From contig NC_091977.1 in the NCBI RefSeq assembly GCF_044704955.1, positions 38,254,001 to 38,318,000 of the forward strand: DNA of 64,000 nt, in the 5' to 3' direction. The stretch is from Pristiophorus japonicus (taxonomy: Eukaryota). A program made the position numbers and the translations under genes. Positions within the stretch are counted from its first letter, which is position 1. Each line of letters begins with the position of its first letter. The notes beneath the pieces are model-generated. The model was given only the letters and a program-made list of their open reading frames with translations. It was not told where the DNA came from and did not search any database. Shown here piece after piece: positions 63,340-64,000 of this stretch.

Positions 63340-63870
63340 ACTAATAAATCCAATAAGGAATTTAGAAGAAAATTCTTTATCCAGAGAGTGATTAGAATGT
63401 GGAACTTATTACCACATGGATTAGTTGAGGTGTAGATTTAAGGGGAAGATTGATAAGTCATCATCATCATAGGCAGTCCCTCAAAATTAAGACTTGCTTC
63501 CACTCTAAATTTGAGTCCTTAGGTGACTGAATAGTCCAATATGGGAATTAAAGTCTCTGTCACACGTGGGACAGACAGTCGTTGAAGGAAAGGGTGGGTG
63601 GGGAGTCTGATTTGCTACACACTCCTTCTGCTGCCTGTGCTTGTTTTCTGCATATTCTTGGTGATGAGACTCGAGGTGCTCAGTGCCCTCCCGGATGCTC
63701 TTCCTCCACTTCGGGTGATCTTTGGCCAGGGTGTGCATGAGGGAGAAAGCAATAGAAGGATATGGTGATAGAGTAAGATAAAGTAGAGTGGGAGGATGCT
63801 CGTATGGAGCATAAACACTGGCATAGATCAGCTGGGCCAAATGGCCTGTTTCCGTGCTGTAAAATCAATG
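63340..63870 (+). mobile_element. CR1 3' fragment interrupted by RTE
   Basis: aggaatttagaagaaaattctttatccagagagtg...gataagt | gcatgagggagaaag...aatggcctgtttccgtgctgt. Confidence 0.7.
63458..63731 (-). mobile_element. RTE-clade LINE 3' fragment
   Basis: LAKDHPKWRKSIREG...CPTCDRDFNSHIGLFSHLRT; tcatcatcatcat tail. Confidence 0.88.
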
Positions 63871-64000
63871 TAATCAATAAATTATTTTCGAATTCAGCAC
63901 GCAACAGTTGGGTAAATATAGGTAGGTAATCTTATTCAGGGATAACTTTTTGAAGAAACGTAGGAGCTTTTCACGTCATCAGACACAGATCGATAAGTAA

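Noticed and set aside
63955-63985. CTGATGA on the minus strand as a hammerhead
   Set aside because: No GAAA closing a stem II and no stems I/III.
1-64000. CRISPR array, operon or prokaryotic defence/retron system
   Set aside because: No regularly spaced repeats or operon structure; all RT ORFs are eukaryotic non-LTR retrotransposons.

Overview
This is eukaryotic, vertebrate DNA that is mostly transposable elements. The repeat set suggests a cartilaginous fish (inference): CR1 LINEs with (TTCTATGT)n tails, Deu-domain tRNA SINEs, RTE, L2, a Vingi/Ingi-like LINE, a Penelope end, and GGG..CCC-terminated PIF/Harbinger elements. I found no recognisable host protein-coding gene, rRNA/tRNA gene or CRISPR array, so the window looks like a large intron or intergenic region. 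Every interpretable long ORF is transposon-derived. Highlights: (1) three PIF/Harbinger elements with convergent HARBI1-like transposase and Myb/SANT genes, one complete TIR to TIR but missing its transposase, plus many related MITEs carrying consensus splice donors; (2) two solo LTRs each carrying a near-consensus CTCF site; (3) a Penelope end with a hammerhead-ribozyme fold and 15-bp TSD; (4) head-to-head fusions of unrelated LINEs and fold-back hairpins at junctions; (5) a deeply nested insertion cluster at 47-58.6 kb. All calls are by eye; boundaries of old repeats are approximate.
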